Shown here in pieces: positions 10,773 through 20,449 of a DNA stretch of 64,000 bases (positions are counted from its first letter, which is position 1; each line of letters begins with the position of its first letter). The notes under the pieces are model-generated. The model did no database searches and had not been told where the DNA came from. It was given only the letters and a program-made list of their open reading frames with translations. The DNA lies in contig JAKFVT010000043.1 of assembly GCA_021732005.1 (NCBI GenBank), positions 606 to 64,605 of the forward strand, given 5' to 3'. Position numbers and translations under genes: made by a program. Source of the stretch: Mycobacterium sp. GTDB taxonomy: Bacteria > Actinomycetota > Actinomycetes > Mycobacteriales > Mycobacteriaceae.

Positions 10773-12275
10773 GTGACCGCACTCACCTCTGACAAGACCC
10801 GAATTGTGCCCGGTAGCTGGATCGATGGTGCCCCGCTGGTGACCGGCGGCAGCCTCCACCAGGTCATCAACCCTGCCAACGGCAGCGTCGTCGCGGAGCT
10901 GGCGCTCGCCGAGCCCGCCGACGTCGACACGGCGGTGGCCGCCGCCCGCGCCGCTTTCGGCGGCTGGTCGCGGGCCACCCCCGTCGAGCGTGCCACGGTA
11001 TTGGCCAAGCTGGCCGAACTCGTCGACGCGCACGCCGAGGAGATCGCCGCCGAAGAGGTCAGCCAGACCGGCAAACCGGTGCGGCTGGCCACCGAATTCG
11101 ACGTGCCCGGCAGCATCGACAACATCGCGTTCTTCGCCGGGGCCGCCCGCCACCTCGAAGGCAAGGCCACCGGTGAGTACAGCGGCGACCACACGTCGTC
11201 CATCCGGCGCGAAGCGGTCGGGGTGGTCGCGACGATCACGCCGTGGAACTACCCGCTGCAGATGGCGGTGTGGAAGGTACTGCCCGCGTTGGCCGCCGGC
11301 TGTTCGGTGGTCATCAAGCCTGCCGAGCTCACCCCGCTGACCACCCTCACACTGGCCCGGCTGGCCACCGAGGCCGGCCTGCCCGACGGTGTGCTCAACG
11401 TCCTCACCGGCGCCGGCGCGGACGTCGGCTCGGCCCTGGCCGGCCACCGCGACGTCGACGTCGTGACGTTCACCGGATCGACGGCCGTCGGCCGGCGGGT
11501 GATGGCGGCCGCGGCGGTGCATGGCCACCGCACTCAACTGGAACTCGGCGGCAAGGCGCCGTTCGTGGTGTTCGACGACGCCGATCTGGACGCCGCGATC
11601 AACGGCGCGGTGGCCGGATCGCTGATCAACTCGGGGCAGGACTGCACGGCGGCGACCAGAGCGATCGTCGCCCGCGACCTCTACGACGACTTCGTCGCCG
11701 GGGTGGCCGAACTGATGGGCAAGATGGTCGTCGGCGACCCGCAGGATCCCGACACCGACCTGGGTCCGCTGATCTCGGCGGCCCACCGCGACAAGGTCGC
11801 GGCGATGGTGGCCCGCGCGCCGGGCGAGGGTGGTCGCGTCGTCACCGGCGGTGCGGCCCCGGACCGGCCCGGGTCGTTCTACCTGCCGACGCTGATCGCC
11901 GACGTCGCCGAGACCTCCGAGGTCTATCGCGACGAGATCTTCGGCCCGGTGCTGACCGTGCGCACCCACGATGGCGACGACGACGCGCTGCGCCAGGCCA
12001 ACGACACCGACTACGGGCTGGCCGCCTCGGCGTGGACCCGCGACGTCTATCGCGCCCAGCGGGCCTCGCGCGAGATCAACGCCGGCTGCGTGTGGATCAA
12101 CGACCACATCCCGATCATCAGCGAGATGCCGCACGGCGGGGTCGGGGCGTCCGGCTTCGGCAAGGACATGAGTGACTACTCCTTCGAGGAGTACCTGACC
12201 ATCAAGCACGTGATGAGTGACATCACCGGCGTCGCCGAAAAGGATTGGCACCGAACGATTTTCAAGAAGCGGTAA
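10773..12275 (+). CDS. NAD-dependent aldehyde dehydrogenase, gamma-aminobutyraldehyde dehydrogenase-like
   Basis: PWNYP, FTGSTAVG, LELGGKAP, NSGQDC (catalytic Cys), EIFGPV. Substrate inferred from context. Confidence 0.88.
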   Translation: MTALTSDKTRIVPGSWIDGAPLVTGGSLHQVINPANGSVVAELALAEPADVDTAVAAARAAFGGWSRATPVERATVLAKLAELVDAHAEEIAAEEVSQTGKPVRLATEFDVPGSIDNIAFFAGAARHLEGKATGEYSGDHTSSIRREAVGVVATITPWNYPLQMAVWKVLPALAAGCSVVIKPAELTPLTTLTLARLATEAGLPDGVLNVLTGAGADVGSALAGHRDVDVVTFTGSTAVGRRVMAAAAVHGHRTQLELGGKAPFVVFDDADLDAAINGAVAGSLINSGQDCTAATRAIVARDLYDDFVAGVAELMGKMVVGDPQDPDTDLGPLISAAHRDKVAAMVARAPGEGGRVVTGGAAPDRPGSFYLPTLIADVAETSEVYRDEIFGPVLTVRTHDGDDDALRQANDTDYGLAASAWTRDVYRAQRASREINAGCVWINDHIPIISEMPHGGVGASGFGKDMSDYSFEEYLTIKHVMSDITGVAEKDWHRTIFKKR

Positions 12276-12356
12276 GCGGCCGGATCGGGCCCTTCGGAGG
12301 TGGTGACACAATCTGGCGGTGAAGTACGGGCCTGACGGGGAGCCTGCCGAGGTCGA

Positions 12357-12454
12357 CTGGACGGCGGGCGGGTCATCGAGGACGCGCCACCGGAGCGACT
12401 GTTTGCCGACCCGCAGCATGAGCGCACCAAGGCGTTTTTTCCGCCATCCGCTGA
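12357..12454 (+). pseudogene. 3' remnant of a polar amino-acid ABC transporter ATPase (GlnQ-like)
   Basis: Translates LDGGRVIEDAPPERLFADPQHERTKAF; restoring one base in the T6 run gives ...AFLSAIR-stop. No upstream body present. Confidence 0.7.
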
Positions 12455-12469
12455 AGGAGTGAATCTTTC

Positions 12470-14032
12470 GTGTCTGCCGCCCTCGGCGGGCAGCCAGTAG
12501 TGGCAGCACTGGCTACCCCGCACGCCCTGGCCACCGATGCCGGGATCGCGATTCTGCGCGGCGGTGGCACCGCCATCGACGCCGCGATCGCCGCCGCCGC
12601 CGTGCTGACCGTGGTCTACCCGCACAACGTCGCCCTCGGCGGCGATCTGTTCGCCCTGATCCGAACCCCGGACGGCACAGTGAGCTGCCTCAACGCCTCC
12701 GGGTGGGCCGGTGCCGCGGTGGATGCCGACACCCTTCGCGCCGGGCACGGCGACTGGCTGCCGGCGCGCGGTGCGGCTGCGGTGACGGTTCCGGGCGGGG
12801 TACGGGGGTGGGAGGCGATGCGCCGCTTGGGTTCCCGGACCTCGTGGAGTTCGACGCTGTGTGCCGCAGAGACGGCGGCCCGCGATGGTGTGCCGGTTCC
12901 CCCGTCGCTGACCACGCACCTGGACGATCCCGAGAATCGCGATCTGATCGGCACCGTCGACTTCGACCGGGTATTTCGCCCGCACGGCGCACCGATGCGG
13001 GTCGGAGAGCTGTTCCGTCAGCGGGCCCTGGCCGACACGTTGGCGACGCTTCGTTCCGAGGGACCCGACGAGTTCTACAGCGGGGGGCTCGCCCAACGCG
13101 CCGTCGGTTACCTGCGCACCCACCAATCCTGTTTGGTTGAGGCCGATTTCGCCGACTTCCAGGTCGAGGTCGTCGAGCCGTTGAGGGCCGAGTTCGGTGA
13201 CCTGACCGTGTTGACCAGCCCGCCCAACAGCCAGGGCTTTCTGCTGCTGCATGCGCTCGGTGTGGTGCGCGCCGGTGGACTGCACGACCCGGTCGGGGAC
13301 GGCATGGGGCAGTTGCTGCGGGCCTTCCACCGCGGCAACGGGATTCGCGACAGTCAACTCGCCGACCCGCGGTTCGCCGCCGTCGACGTCGCCGCGATGC
13401 TGGACCACTCCGGGCCGGTCAGTCACCCGCCGGGCGTGCCCCGCGGGGATACCGTGGGTATCGCCGTCGCCGACGGCGAGGGATACGCGGTGTCCCTCAT
13501 CCAGAGCGTCTATCACGCGTTCGGGTCCGGACTGATCGACCCGGTCACCGGTGTGCTGTTCCACAATCGCGGCTGTGGGTTCAGCCTGGACCCGGCATCA
13601 CCGAATGTGATCGCGCCAAGAAAGCGCCCCGCGCACACGCTGATGCCCGCGATGACGTTGCGGCAGGGCCGGATCGGCCACGTGTTGTCGACCATGGGCG
13701 GCCAGGGTCAGCCGCAGATCCTCGGCCAGATCCTCCTGCGGGCAGTGGGAGGCGCCACGGCGGTCGACGCGGTTGCCGCGCCCCGCGCCATCGTCGGCAC
13801 CCAGTGCGGCGGCGGCCCGGACAGCGTGACCGTCGAGGCCGACCTGGACCCGGCCGCGCAGGCGTCGATCCGTGCGGCGGGCTTCACCCCGACCGAGGTG
13901 CCGCCGCGGACCGAAGCCCTCGGCCAGGCCAACGTGGTCTTCGTCGATTCGGTCGGGTCGATGACGGCAGCGTCGGATCCCCGCTCGGACGGCGCCGCGG
14001 TGGTGGCGCACTATCCTCGCCCGCAGCGGTGA
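12470..14032 (+). CDS. Gamma-glutamyltransferase family protein (Ntn hydrolase), no obvious signal peptide
   Basis: AIDAAIAAAAVLTVVYPH..ALGGD; GDTV (Thr nucleophile); NRGCGF; KRPAHT; TMGGQGQPQ; AAGGAG RBS at 12454-12459. Confidence 0.9.
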   Translation: MSAALGGQPVVAALATPHALATDAGIAILRGGGTAIDAAIAAAAVLTVVYPHNVALGGDLFALIRTPDGTVSCLNASGWAGAAVDADTLRAGHGDWLPARGAAAVTVPGGVRGWEAMRRLGSRTSWSSTLCAAETAARDGVPVPPSLTTHLDDPENRDLIGTVDFDRVFRPHGAPMRVGELFRQRALADTLATLRSEGPDEFYSGGLAQRAVGYLRTHQSCLVEADFADFQVEVVEPLRAEFGDLTVLTSPPNSQGFLLLHALGVVRAGGLHDPVGDGMGQLLRAFHRGNGIRDSQLADPRFAAVDVAAMLDHSGPVSHPPGVPRGDTVGIAVADGEGYAVSLIQSVYHAFGSGLIDPVTGVLFHNRGCGFSLDPASPNVIAPRKRPAHTLMPAMTLRQGRIGHVLSTMGGQGQPQILGQILLRAVGGATAVDAVAAPRAIVGTQCGGGPDSVTVEADLDPAAQASIRAAGFTPTEVPPRTEALGQANVVFVDSVGSMTAASDPRSDGAAVVAHYPRPQR

Positions 14033-14709
14033 GCGCCCTGGTCCGCACGCATCTGCAGCTGTGGCTGATGCTCGCGCTGACCTTCGTCACCGGATTGCTG
14101 GACGCGGTGGGGTATCTCGCGCTGGACCGGGTGTTCACCGGCAACATGACCGGCAATGTGGTGATCCTCGGGATGGGCATGGCCGGTGAGGACGAACTTC
14201 CCGTCGCGGGGCCGCTGGTGGCGCTGGGCGCCTACGTGGTCGGCGCCGCGGTGGTGGGCCGCCTGCTGCAACGCCACCCCGGCGGCTGGCGGCCCGCGGT
14301 CACCGCCGTGTTCGCCACCAGTGCGGTGGTTCTCGCCGCCGCGGCCACGGTGCTGACGCTCATTCGGGTCCACGGCGAGTCGGCGGTCGGAGTCGGCATC
14401 GCCGCCACCCTGGCGACACTGATGGGCGCCCAGGCCGCCACGGCGCGGATGCTCGCCGTCGCCGACATCACCACCGTCGTGGTCACCTCCACGCTCACCG
14501 CCTACGCCAGTGAGACGCTGTTCGGCCCCGGCCTGCTGTGGCTGACGCACCGCCGGTTGTGGGCTGTCGTGGTGATCATCGCCGGCGCGTTCTGCGGCGC
14601 CTCGTTACTGCGATTCGACGGCGGCTACCCGGTTTACCTGGCGGCCGTCCTCACCGCGGCGGTGGCGGCGGCAGGTCACCGGATGTGGCCCCGCGCGGAG
14701 CTGCCCTAA
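14029..14709 (+). CDS. YoaK/DUF1275 family membrane protein
   Basis: LTFVTGLLDAVGY, FTGNMTGN, TTVVVTSTLT motifs; GTGA overlap with the GGT gene. Confidence 0.85.
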   Translation: MSALVRTHLQLWLMLALTFVTGLLDAVGYLALDRVFTGNMTGNVVILGMGMAGEDELPVAGPLVALGAYVVGAAVVGRLLQRHPGGWRPAVTAVFATSAVVLAAAATVLTLIRVHGESAVGVGIAATLATLMGAQAATARMLAVADITTVVVTSTLTAYASETLFGPGLLWLTHRRLWAVVVIIAGAFCGASLLRFDGGYPVYLAAVLTAAVAAAGHRMWPRAELP

Positions 14710-16445
14710 GCCTGCGGCCCCCGGGTGAACTCCTCGCCGGTCTCCGGGTTGATCGCGGTTTCGCCCGGTGGCAGGTTCGACAGGTCCGGGGAGATGACCG
14801 TCGGCATGTCCCCGGAGTCGGGCAGGCCGAAGTGCGCCTCGACGGCGGTCGCCGGCGTCAGCACCAAGTCGGCGCTCGAGCGCCGCGACAGGGTGCGGCC
14901 CCGGAAGAAGTCGGGCGACATCAGCCACCAAACCCCCATCAGGACCACGCCCAGCACCAGCGCGCCGATGCCCACGACCGCGACCGCGCCGAACCCGAAG
15001 ATCGTGACGTTGTTGCCGTCGGAGTCGGTCAGCCAGTCCGGCTTGGCGTACTGCATCAGCCCGTAGGCGAACACCACCAGCAGGATCAGCCCGCCGAGCA
15101 GTGGCACCACGCCGCGCATGACGAAGTCGCGCGTCGAGGCGGTGAGGTCCTTGCGGTAGAACCACACGCAGGCGAAGCCGGTGAGGCCGTAGTAGAAGGC
15201 GATCATCAGGCCGACCGAACCGATCAGCGCCGAGAGCAGGTTCGAGCTGATCAACGTGAACAACACGTAGAACCCGATGGACACCGCGCCCATGACGAGG
15301 GTCGAGGTGGTGGGGGTCAGGTAGGTGCGGTGGATCTTGGCGAACGACTGCGGCAACGCCCGGTAGACGCCCATCGACAGCGTGGTCCGGGCCGTCGGCA
15401 GGATCGTCGTCTGGGTGGACGCCGACGCCGAGGTCAGGATCGACGCGGACAGCAGCAGCAGGCCGATGTGTCCGAGCACGCTGTCGCCGAACAGGTCCGG
15501 GCCGATCGCGGCGAACGCGTCCGCGGCGTTGTCCGGGTTGCCCAGCCCGATGCCGTCGGTTCCGGTGCCCGCGAACGCGATGGCCGCGACGCTGACGAGC
15601 GCGTACGTCGCCAGCAGCAGGAAGGTCGAGATGACCGCGGCGCGTCCCGGCGTGGTGCCCGGGTCCTCGGACTCCTCGTTGCACGCGACCGCGGTATCCC
15701 AGCCCCAGTAGATGAAGATCGCCGTGAGGATGGCCGGGGCGATCACGGTCCCGAAGTCCAGTCCGGCGGGCCAGAACCAGGAGAGCGACGGGTGCAGTGA
15801 ATAGGTCTCTGCCTTGCCCGCGTACACCTTGATCAGCGCCACGATGGAGAACACCACCAACACCACGAGCTCGATGCCGAGCAGGCCGTACTGGATGCGC
15901 GCCGACACCTCGATGCCGCGGTAGCAGATGTAGGTCATCACGATGATCCAGATGACTCCGGCCACCGTCGACCAGAGGGTGCTGTTGGCCAGATCTGCCG
16001 CCGAGTGCCAGCCGAGGTCACCGACGAAGGTGAACGAGTAGGCGCCGGCGATCTGGGCGAGGTTGGCCATGACGATGACGTCGGCGGCGATGATGCCCCA
16101 GCCGCCGAGCCAGCCGATCAACGGCCCGAACGCCCGCGATGCCCAGGTGAACGTGGTCCCGCAGTCCGGCTCGGCCTTGTTCAGTTCCTGATAGGCGACC
16201 GCGATCATGTACATCGGGATGAACGCGATCAACACGATCGCCGGTGCTTTCACGCCGGCCAGCAGCGCTCCGCCGCTGGCGACGATCAGCCCGAGCGTCG
16301 CCGCCAGGGAATACGCCGGCGCCGTCGAGGCCATGCCGACGACGATGCTGGACACCAATCCCAGCGCACCGCCCTTGAGGCCTTTGCTCTCGACGGTCGA
16401 CTGGGCCGGGCCTCCGGGCTCGAGGGTGAGCTCACCTTTACTCAT
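14706..16445 (-). CDS. APC family amino acid/polyamine permease
   Basis: GMASTAPAYS, YWGWDT, ~12 TM helices; AGGAG RBS. Confidence 0.9.
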   Translation of the reverse strand: MSKGELTLEPGGPAQSTVESKGLKGGALGLVSSIVVGMASTAPAYSLAATLGLIVASGGALLAGVKAPAIVLIAFIPMYMIAVAYQELNKAEPDCGTTFTWASRAFGPLIGWLGGWGIIAADVIVMANLAQIAGAYSFTFVGDLGWHSAADLANSTLWSTVAGVIWIIVMTYICYRGIEVSARIQYGLLGIELVVLVVFSIVALIKVYAGKAETYSLHPSLSWFWPAGLDFGTVIAPAILTAIFIYWGWDTAVACNEESEDPGTTPGRAAVISTFLLLATYALVSVAAIAFAGTGTDGIGLGNPDNAADAFAAIGPDLFGDSVLGHIGLLLLSASILTSASASTQTTILPTARTTLSMGVYRALPQSFAKIHRTYLTPTTSTLVMGAVSIGFYVLFTLISSNLLSALIGSVGLMIAFYYGLTGFACVWFYRKDLTASTRDFVMRGVVPLLGGLILLVVFAYGLMQYAKPDWLTDSDGNNVTIFGFGAVAVVGIGALVLGVVLMGVWWLMSPDFFRGRTLSRRSSADLVLTPATAVEAHFGLPDSGDMPTVISPDLSNLPPGETAINPETGEEFTRGPQA

Positions 16446-16562
16446 GGCATCTCCTGCTTAAACGCCTGAATGAAACGAGACGAGAGTACGGTTTCAGTCG
16501 CCAGCGTGCGGAGAATCTACGGAATTGTTTTCCTGGAGGTAACAAGGCAATGGAATCGGTGG

Positions 16563-17141
16563 CTAGGTGGCCCAGGGGACTCGGCAGCTGTCGCCGGACC
16601 CGAACCCCTGCTCGGTGATGCCGAGCGCCGAGTTCATCCGGGCTCGCATGTTCTCGATCCCGATCTGATAGGTCAGCTCGATCACCCCGTCGGCGCCGAA
16701 GCGCCGACGTAGATCGTCGACCTGCTTCTCGGTGATCGTGTGCGGGTCCGTCGTCATGCCATCGGCGTAGGCGATCGCGGCGCGCTCGTCGTCGGTGTAG
16801 AGCGGTGAGGTCGCGTAGTCGTCGATGTGGGAGAGCCGCTCGAGGTCGAGCCCTTCGAGACGCATCAGCATCTGTCCGAAGTCCACGCACCACGAACAGC
16901 CGACGGTGCGGGCCGTCCAGAACACCGCGAGTTCGCGGATGTCGGCGGGCAGCGTCTTCGATGCGTTCTGCAGCAGCCCTTCATGGACGGCATTGGCCAC
17001 CATCAGGCGGGTGTGATGGGCGTAGACGGCGAACGGTTCGGGCACCTCGCCGAAGCGGCGCTTGGCCCAGCGGTACATCAGCCGGGTCAGCAGCGGGGCC
17101 TTGTCCGGAGTGAGTGGTTCGAGGCGTGTTTTCGTTGTCAT
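16563..17141 (-). CDS. Carboxymuconolactone decarboxylase/AhpD-like family protein
   Basis: ELAVFWTARTVGCSWCVDFG (CxxC), YTDDERAAIAYADGMT. Confidence 0.88.
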   Translation of the reverse strand: MTTKTRLEPLTPDKAPLLTRLMYRWAKRRFGEVPEPFAVYAHHTRLMVANAVHEGLLQNASKTLPADIRELAVFWTARTVGCSWCVDFGQMLMRLEGLDLERLSHIDDYATSPLYTDDERAAIAYADGMTTDPHTITEKQVDDLRRRFGADGVIELTYQIGIENMRARMNSALGITEQGFGSGDSCRVPWAT

Positions 17142-17149
17142 GTACTCAA

Positions 17150-17176
17150 GACACCGCCGGGGCCGAAAATGTGACA
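17150..17176 (-). promoter_or_regulatory. ECF41/SigJ-type promoter upstream of the CMD gene
   Basis: Minus strand TGTCACA-N16-TGTC, ending 8 nt before the ATG. Confidence 0.7.
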
Positions 17177-17234
17177 CCCCGAACCGCATCAATATTGAGT
17201 TGACGGACTAACTATTCGGCTAGGGTGCTGACTT

Positions 17235-18413
17235 GTGGATTTCGACCTCGACGCCGGACAGCGCGCGTGGTTGGCGGAGGTGCGGGAATTCCTGCGGGAG
17301 AACGTCACTGACGCCCTTCGTGCCGAAATTGCCGAACACAATCTGGAGCACCCGGGCGGCGAGGTCGCGGCGTTCCGCCGCAAGCTCGGCGCCAAGGGCT
17401 GGTTCGGCCTGAACTGGCCGGCGGAGTACGGCGGCCTCGGGCTGGGGCCGGTGCATCTGCACCTGCTGATGACCGAGTTCGAGTACTGGGGTGCGCCGGG
17501 CCCGGATCTGACCGTCACCTCGATCGCGCCGATGATCATGCGGCACGGCACCGAGCAGAACAAGCGCGAGTTTCTCCCGCTCATCGCCCGCGGCGAGATG
17601 ACCTGTGCGCTGGGGTATTCCGAGCCGGACGCCGGTACCGACCTGGCATCGCTGCGGACCAAGGCCGTCCGCGACGGCGACGAATGGGTGATCAACGGAT
17701 CCAAGATCTGGAACAGCGGCGCTCAGCGATCCACCCACGAGTGGCTGTGCGTGCGCACCGATCCGCAGGCCCAGCGGCATCGGGGCATTTCGGTGATCGT
17801 CGTGCCGGTGGACAGCCCCGGTGTCCGGATCCGCCCGCTGATCGCGTGGTCCGGTTACCGGACCAACGAGGTCTTCTTCGACGACGTGCGGGTACCGGTG
17901 ACCAACCTGATCGGTGAGGAGAACCGCGGCTGGTCCTACATCACCGGTGCCCTCGATCTGGAGCGCGGCGCGCTGACCAACGCCGGGGACCTGCGGCGTG
18001 CACTCGACGAGTTGCAGGTACTGGCACGGATGCCGCGCCGTGACGGCACCGTCCCGATCGACAATGCCGGTTTCCGCCGCCGACTGGCCCAGGCCGAGGC
18101 CGACGTCGAGGTCGCCGGGCTGATGGGGTACGAGGCGTCGTCCTTGTTGGCCGGCGGGGTGATCCCCACCGTGGAGGTCAGCGTCGAGAAGGTCTTCAGC
18201 AGCGAGTTGCGGCAGCGCATCGCAGACCTGGGTATCGACCTGCTCGGAGCGGAAGGTCTACTGGCGCATCGTAATTCGGAGGCCCCGGCCGGCGGACGGT
18301 TCGAGAAGCTGTACCGGTTCGCGCCCCTCATGCGCTTCGGCGGTGGTACCAACGAGGTGCTCCGCGACGTCATCGCCCAGCGCGGCAACAGCATGCCCTC
18401 CTACGGACGGTGA
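17235..18413 (+). CDS. Acyl-CoA dehydrogenase, FadE26/FadE29-like subunit
   Basis: LGYSEPDAGTDLASL, NGSKIWNS, TNEVFFDDV, GGGTNEV. Confidence 0.92.
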   Translation: MDFDLDAGQRAWLAEVREFLRENVTDALRAEIAEHNLEHPGGEVAAFRRKLGAKGWFGLNWPAEYGGLGLGPVHLHLLMTEFEYWGAPGPDLTVTSIAPMIMRHGTEQNKREFLPLIARGEMTCALGYSEPDAGTDLASLRTKAVRDGDEWVINGSKIWNSGAQRSTHEWLCVRTDPQAQRHRGISVIVVPVDSPGVRIRPLIAWSGYRTNEVFFDDVRVPVTNLIGEENRGWSYITGALDLERGALTNAGDLRRALDELQVLARMPRRDGTVPIDNAGFRRRLAQAEADVEVAGLMGYEASSLLAGGVIPTVEVSVEKVFSSELRQRIADLGIDLLGAEGLLAHRNSEAPAGGRFEKLYRFAPLMRFGGGTNEVLRDVIAQRGNSMPSYGR

Positions 18414-18414
18414 G

Positions 18415-19521
18415 ATGAAACTCGTTCCCTCGCAAGATGATCGAGACCTGGAGGCCAGTCTGCGCGGTCTGCTGGCCGCCGGGCGCGCCGATCTGTGGGG
18501 TGACCTCGCCACGGCCGGAGTGATGGGGCTGGGGCTGCCGGAAGTCTACGGCGGGTCCGGCGGATCCCTCTCGGATCTCGGAATCTTCGCCCGCGAAGCG
18601 GGCCGGGCCCTATGCCCGATGCGCGTGCACAGCACCGCGATCGCCGCGCACGCCCTGCACATCCTCGGCGGTGAGAAGTCCTGCGTCACGTGGCTGCCCG
18701 ACCTGACTGCCGGACGGATCGCCGCCACCACCGCGCTGTGGAATCCGAATGACGCAGCCGATGTGACCGCCACCATGCGCGCCGATCAGGATCGTGACGG
18801 CAATTGGCGACTCACCGGCACAGCCGATTTCGTCAACGACGCGGATACCGCCGACATCGTCGTCGTGTCCGGATTCGACCGGTCCGGTAACACCGTCGGA
18901 TTCGTCGTCCGGTTGCACAACGACGGCGTGACGCTGCGTCCGCTGGCGCTGATGGGCGGCCACCGCGCCGCGGTGCTGCGCTTCGACGACGTGCCTGTCG
19001 ACGATGTCCTCAACGACGGCGCCGCGCTGGGCCGCGACGACCTCCGTCGCACCGCCAACGCCGCGATGGCGTTGACTGCGCTGGATCTCGTCGGCGTCGG
19101 CGAGGCGGTGCTCGAGCGCACCGTGCGCTACACCACAGTGCGCCACCAATTCGGGCGGCCGATCGCCTCATTCCAGGCTGCCCAGCACATCGTGGCGGAC
19201 ATGCACATCGGGCTGGCGGCGGCGCGGCTGGCCGCACAGTCCGCGATAGCCGCGATCAGCCAGGGCCGCAGCGCCGTTCGGGAAACGGCGATCGCCCGCA
19301 TCCAGTCCGCCACGGCGGCCAAGTGGGCCACCCTGGATGCCCATCAGTTGCACGGCGGAATGGGATACGTCGTCGAGACCGACCTCTACCTGTGGTCGGA
19401 ACGGGCCAGGGTGCTCTCGACGCTGGGCGGCGGTGCCGACATCGCGGCAGCTTGGCTGGACGACGACGAGGTCAGCCGCGCTGCCGTCGGTGACCGATTG
19501 CGGCGCAAGGACGGCCGGTGA
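18415..19521 (+). CDS. Acyl-CoA dehydrogenase, degenerate partner subunit (FadE27/FadE28-like)
   Basis: RHQFGRPIASFQA, HQLHGGMG; degenerate N-terminal FAD motif and no C-terminal Glu. Confidence 0.85.
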   Translation: MKLVPSQDDRDLEASLRGLLAAGRADLWGDLATAGVMGLGLPEVYGGSGGSLSDLGIFAREAGRALCPMRVHSTAIAAHALHILGGEKSCVTWLPDLTAGRIAATTALWNPNDAADVTATMRADQDRDGNWRLTGTADFVNDADTADIVVVSGFDRSGNTVGFVVRLHNDGVTLRPLALMGGHRAAVLRFDDVPVDDVLNDGAALGRDDLRRTANAAMALTALDLVGVGEAVLERTVRYTTVRHQFGRPIASFQAAQHIVADMHIGLAAARLAAQSAIAAISQGRSAVRETAIARIQSATAAKWATLDAHQLHGGMGYVVETDLYLWSERARVLSTLGGGADIAAAWLDDDEVSRAAVGDRLRRKDGR

Positions 19522-20015
19522 CCGAGAGTTTGATCGACCCCGAGACGGCGGCGCGCGTCGGCACCATCGCGGCCACCGCCAGCGGCGACGTCATCCGCCG
19601 GGACTGGCAACGCTGGGCCGCCGCCGTCGGCGATGACAACCCGCTGTGGTTCGACCCCGATCACGCCCGCGCCAACGGCTACCGCGACGTGATCTGCCCG
19701 CCGCTGTACCTGCAGTTCGCCATCCTCGGCGTCAGCCCGCTGGCCGGCCTTCGCCCGGACGGGTCATCGGGCGCCGTGTCGGGCAGTCTGGCCTTTCCGA
19801 AGGCGCCGCGGCGGATGGCCGGTGGCGAGAGCACCACCTTTCACCTGCCCGCCTATCACCGCGACGAGATCGAGATGGTCCGCACCATCGAATCCGTCGT
19901 GGAAAAGGAAGGCCGCTCAGGACGATTCGTTCTGGTCACCTGGCATACCGTCTACCGCAACCAGCACGGCGAGCTGGTCGCCGAGGCGTCCACGTCGATG
20001 ATCGCGCGCCCATGA
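19518..20015 (+). CDS. MaoC-like hot-dog dehydratase N-terminal half (FAS1_DH_region-like)
   Basis: WAAAVGDDNPLWFDPDHA, KEGRSGRFVLVT. Confidence 0.85.
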   Translation: MTESLIDPETAARVGTIAATASGDVIRRDWQRWAAAVGDDNPLWFDPDHARANGYRDVICPPLYLQFAILGVSPLAGLRPDGSSGAVSGSLAFPKAPRRMAGGESTTFHLPAYHRDEIEMVRTIESVVEKEGRSGRFVLVTWHTVYRNQHGELVAEASTSMIARP

Positions 20016-20449
20016 GCCAGTTGTTCTTCGACGACGTCGAGCCCGGCGACCGGATACCGGAGCTCACCGTCACCGTCGACGAGACGCAGATGTTCTTCTT
20101 CAGCGCCGCCACCTACAACGGCCACCGCATTCATTACGACAAGCAGTGGGCCCGCGACAAAGAGGGTTACGACGACGTCCTGGTGCAGGGACCGCTGCAG
20201 GCCGCACTGCTGGCCCGCGCGATCACCGACTGGATCGGCGGCCGCGGCAAGCTGGTGAACTATTCGGTGCAGAACCGGGGGGTGGCATTCCCCGGACAGC
20301 CGCTGACCTTCGGGGGCACGGTCACCGCCAAGCGGATCGAGGCGGACCGCGGATTGGTGGACCTGGAGATCGTGGGGCGCCGGGACGCCGACATTCTGAT
20401 GCCCGGCACCGCCACCGTGGAACTGCCTCGACGCCGGGAGGATTCCTGA
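20012..20449 (+). CDS. MaoC-like enoyl-CoA hydratase subunit
   Basis: SAATYNGHRIHYD, DVLVQGPL; ATGA overlap. Confidence 0.85.
   Translation: MSQLFFDDVEPGDRIPELTVTVDETQMFFFSAATYNGHRIHYDKQWARDKEGYDDVLVQGPLQAALLARAITDWIGGRGKLVNYSVQNRGVAFPGQPLTFGGTVTAKRIEADRGLVDLEIVGRRDADILMPGTATVELPRRREDS

Noticed and set aside
10671-12509. 612-aa minus-strand ORF, and similar long ORFs at 24527-26755 (+), 46190-47902 (-), 50332-52479 (-), 34575-35819 (-), 1072-2256 (-)
   Set aside because: Antisense or off-frame shadows of well-supported genes. Long stop-free frames are expected at this GC content and show no family motifs.
17177-17234. KstR/KstR2 operator upstream of the acyl-CoA operon
   Set aside because: No TnnAACnnGTTnnA-like palindrome found by eye.
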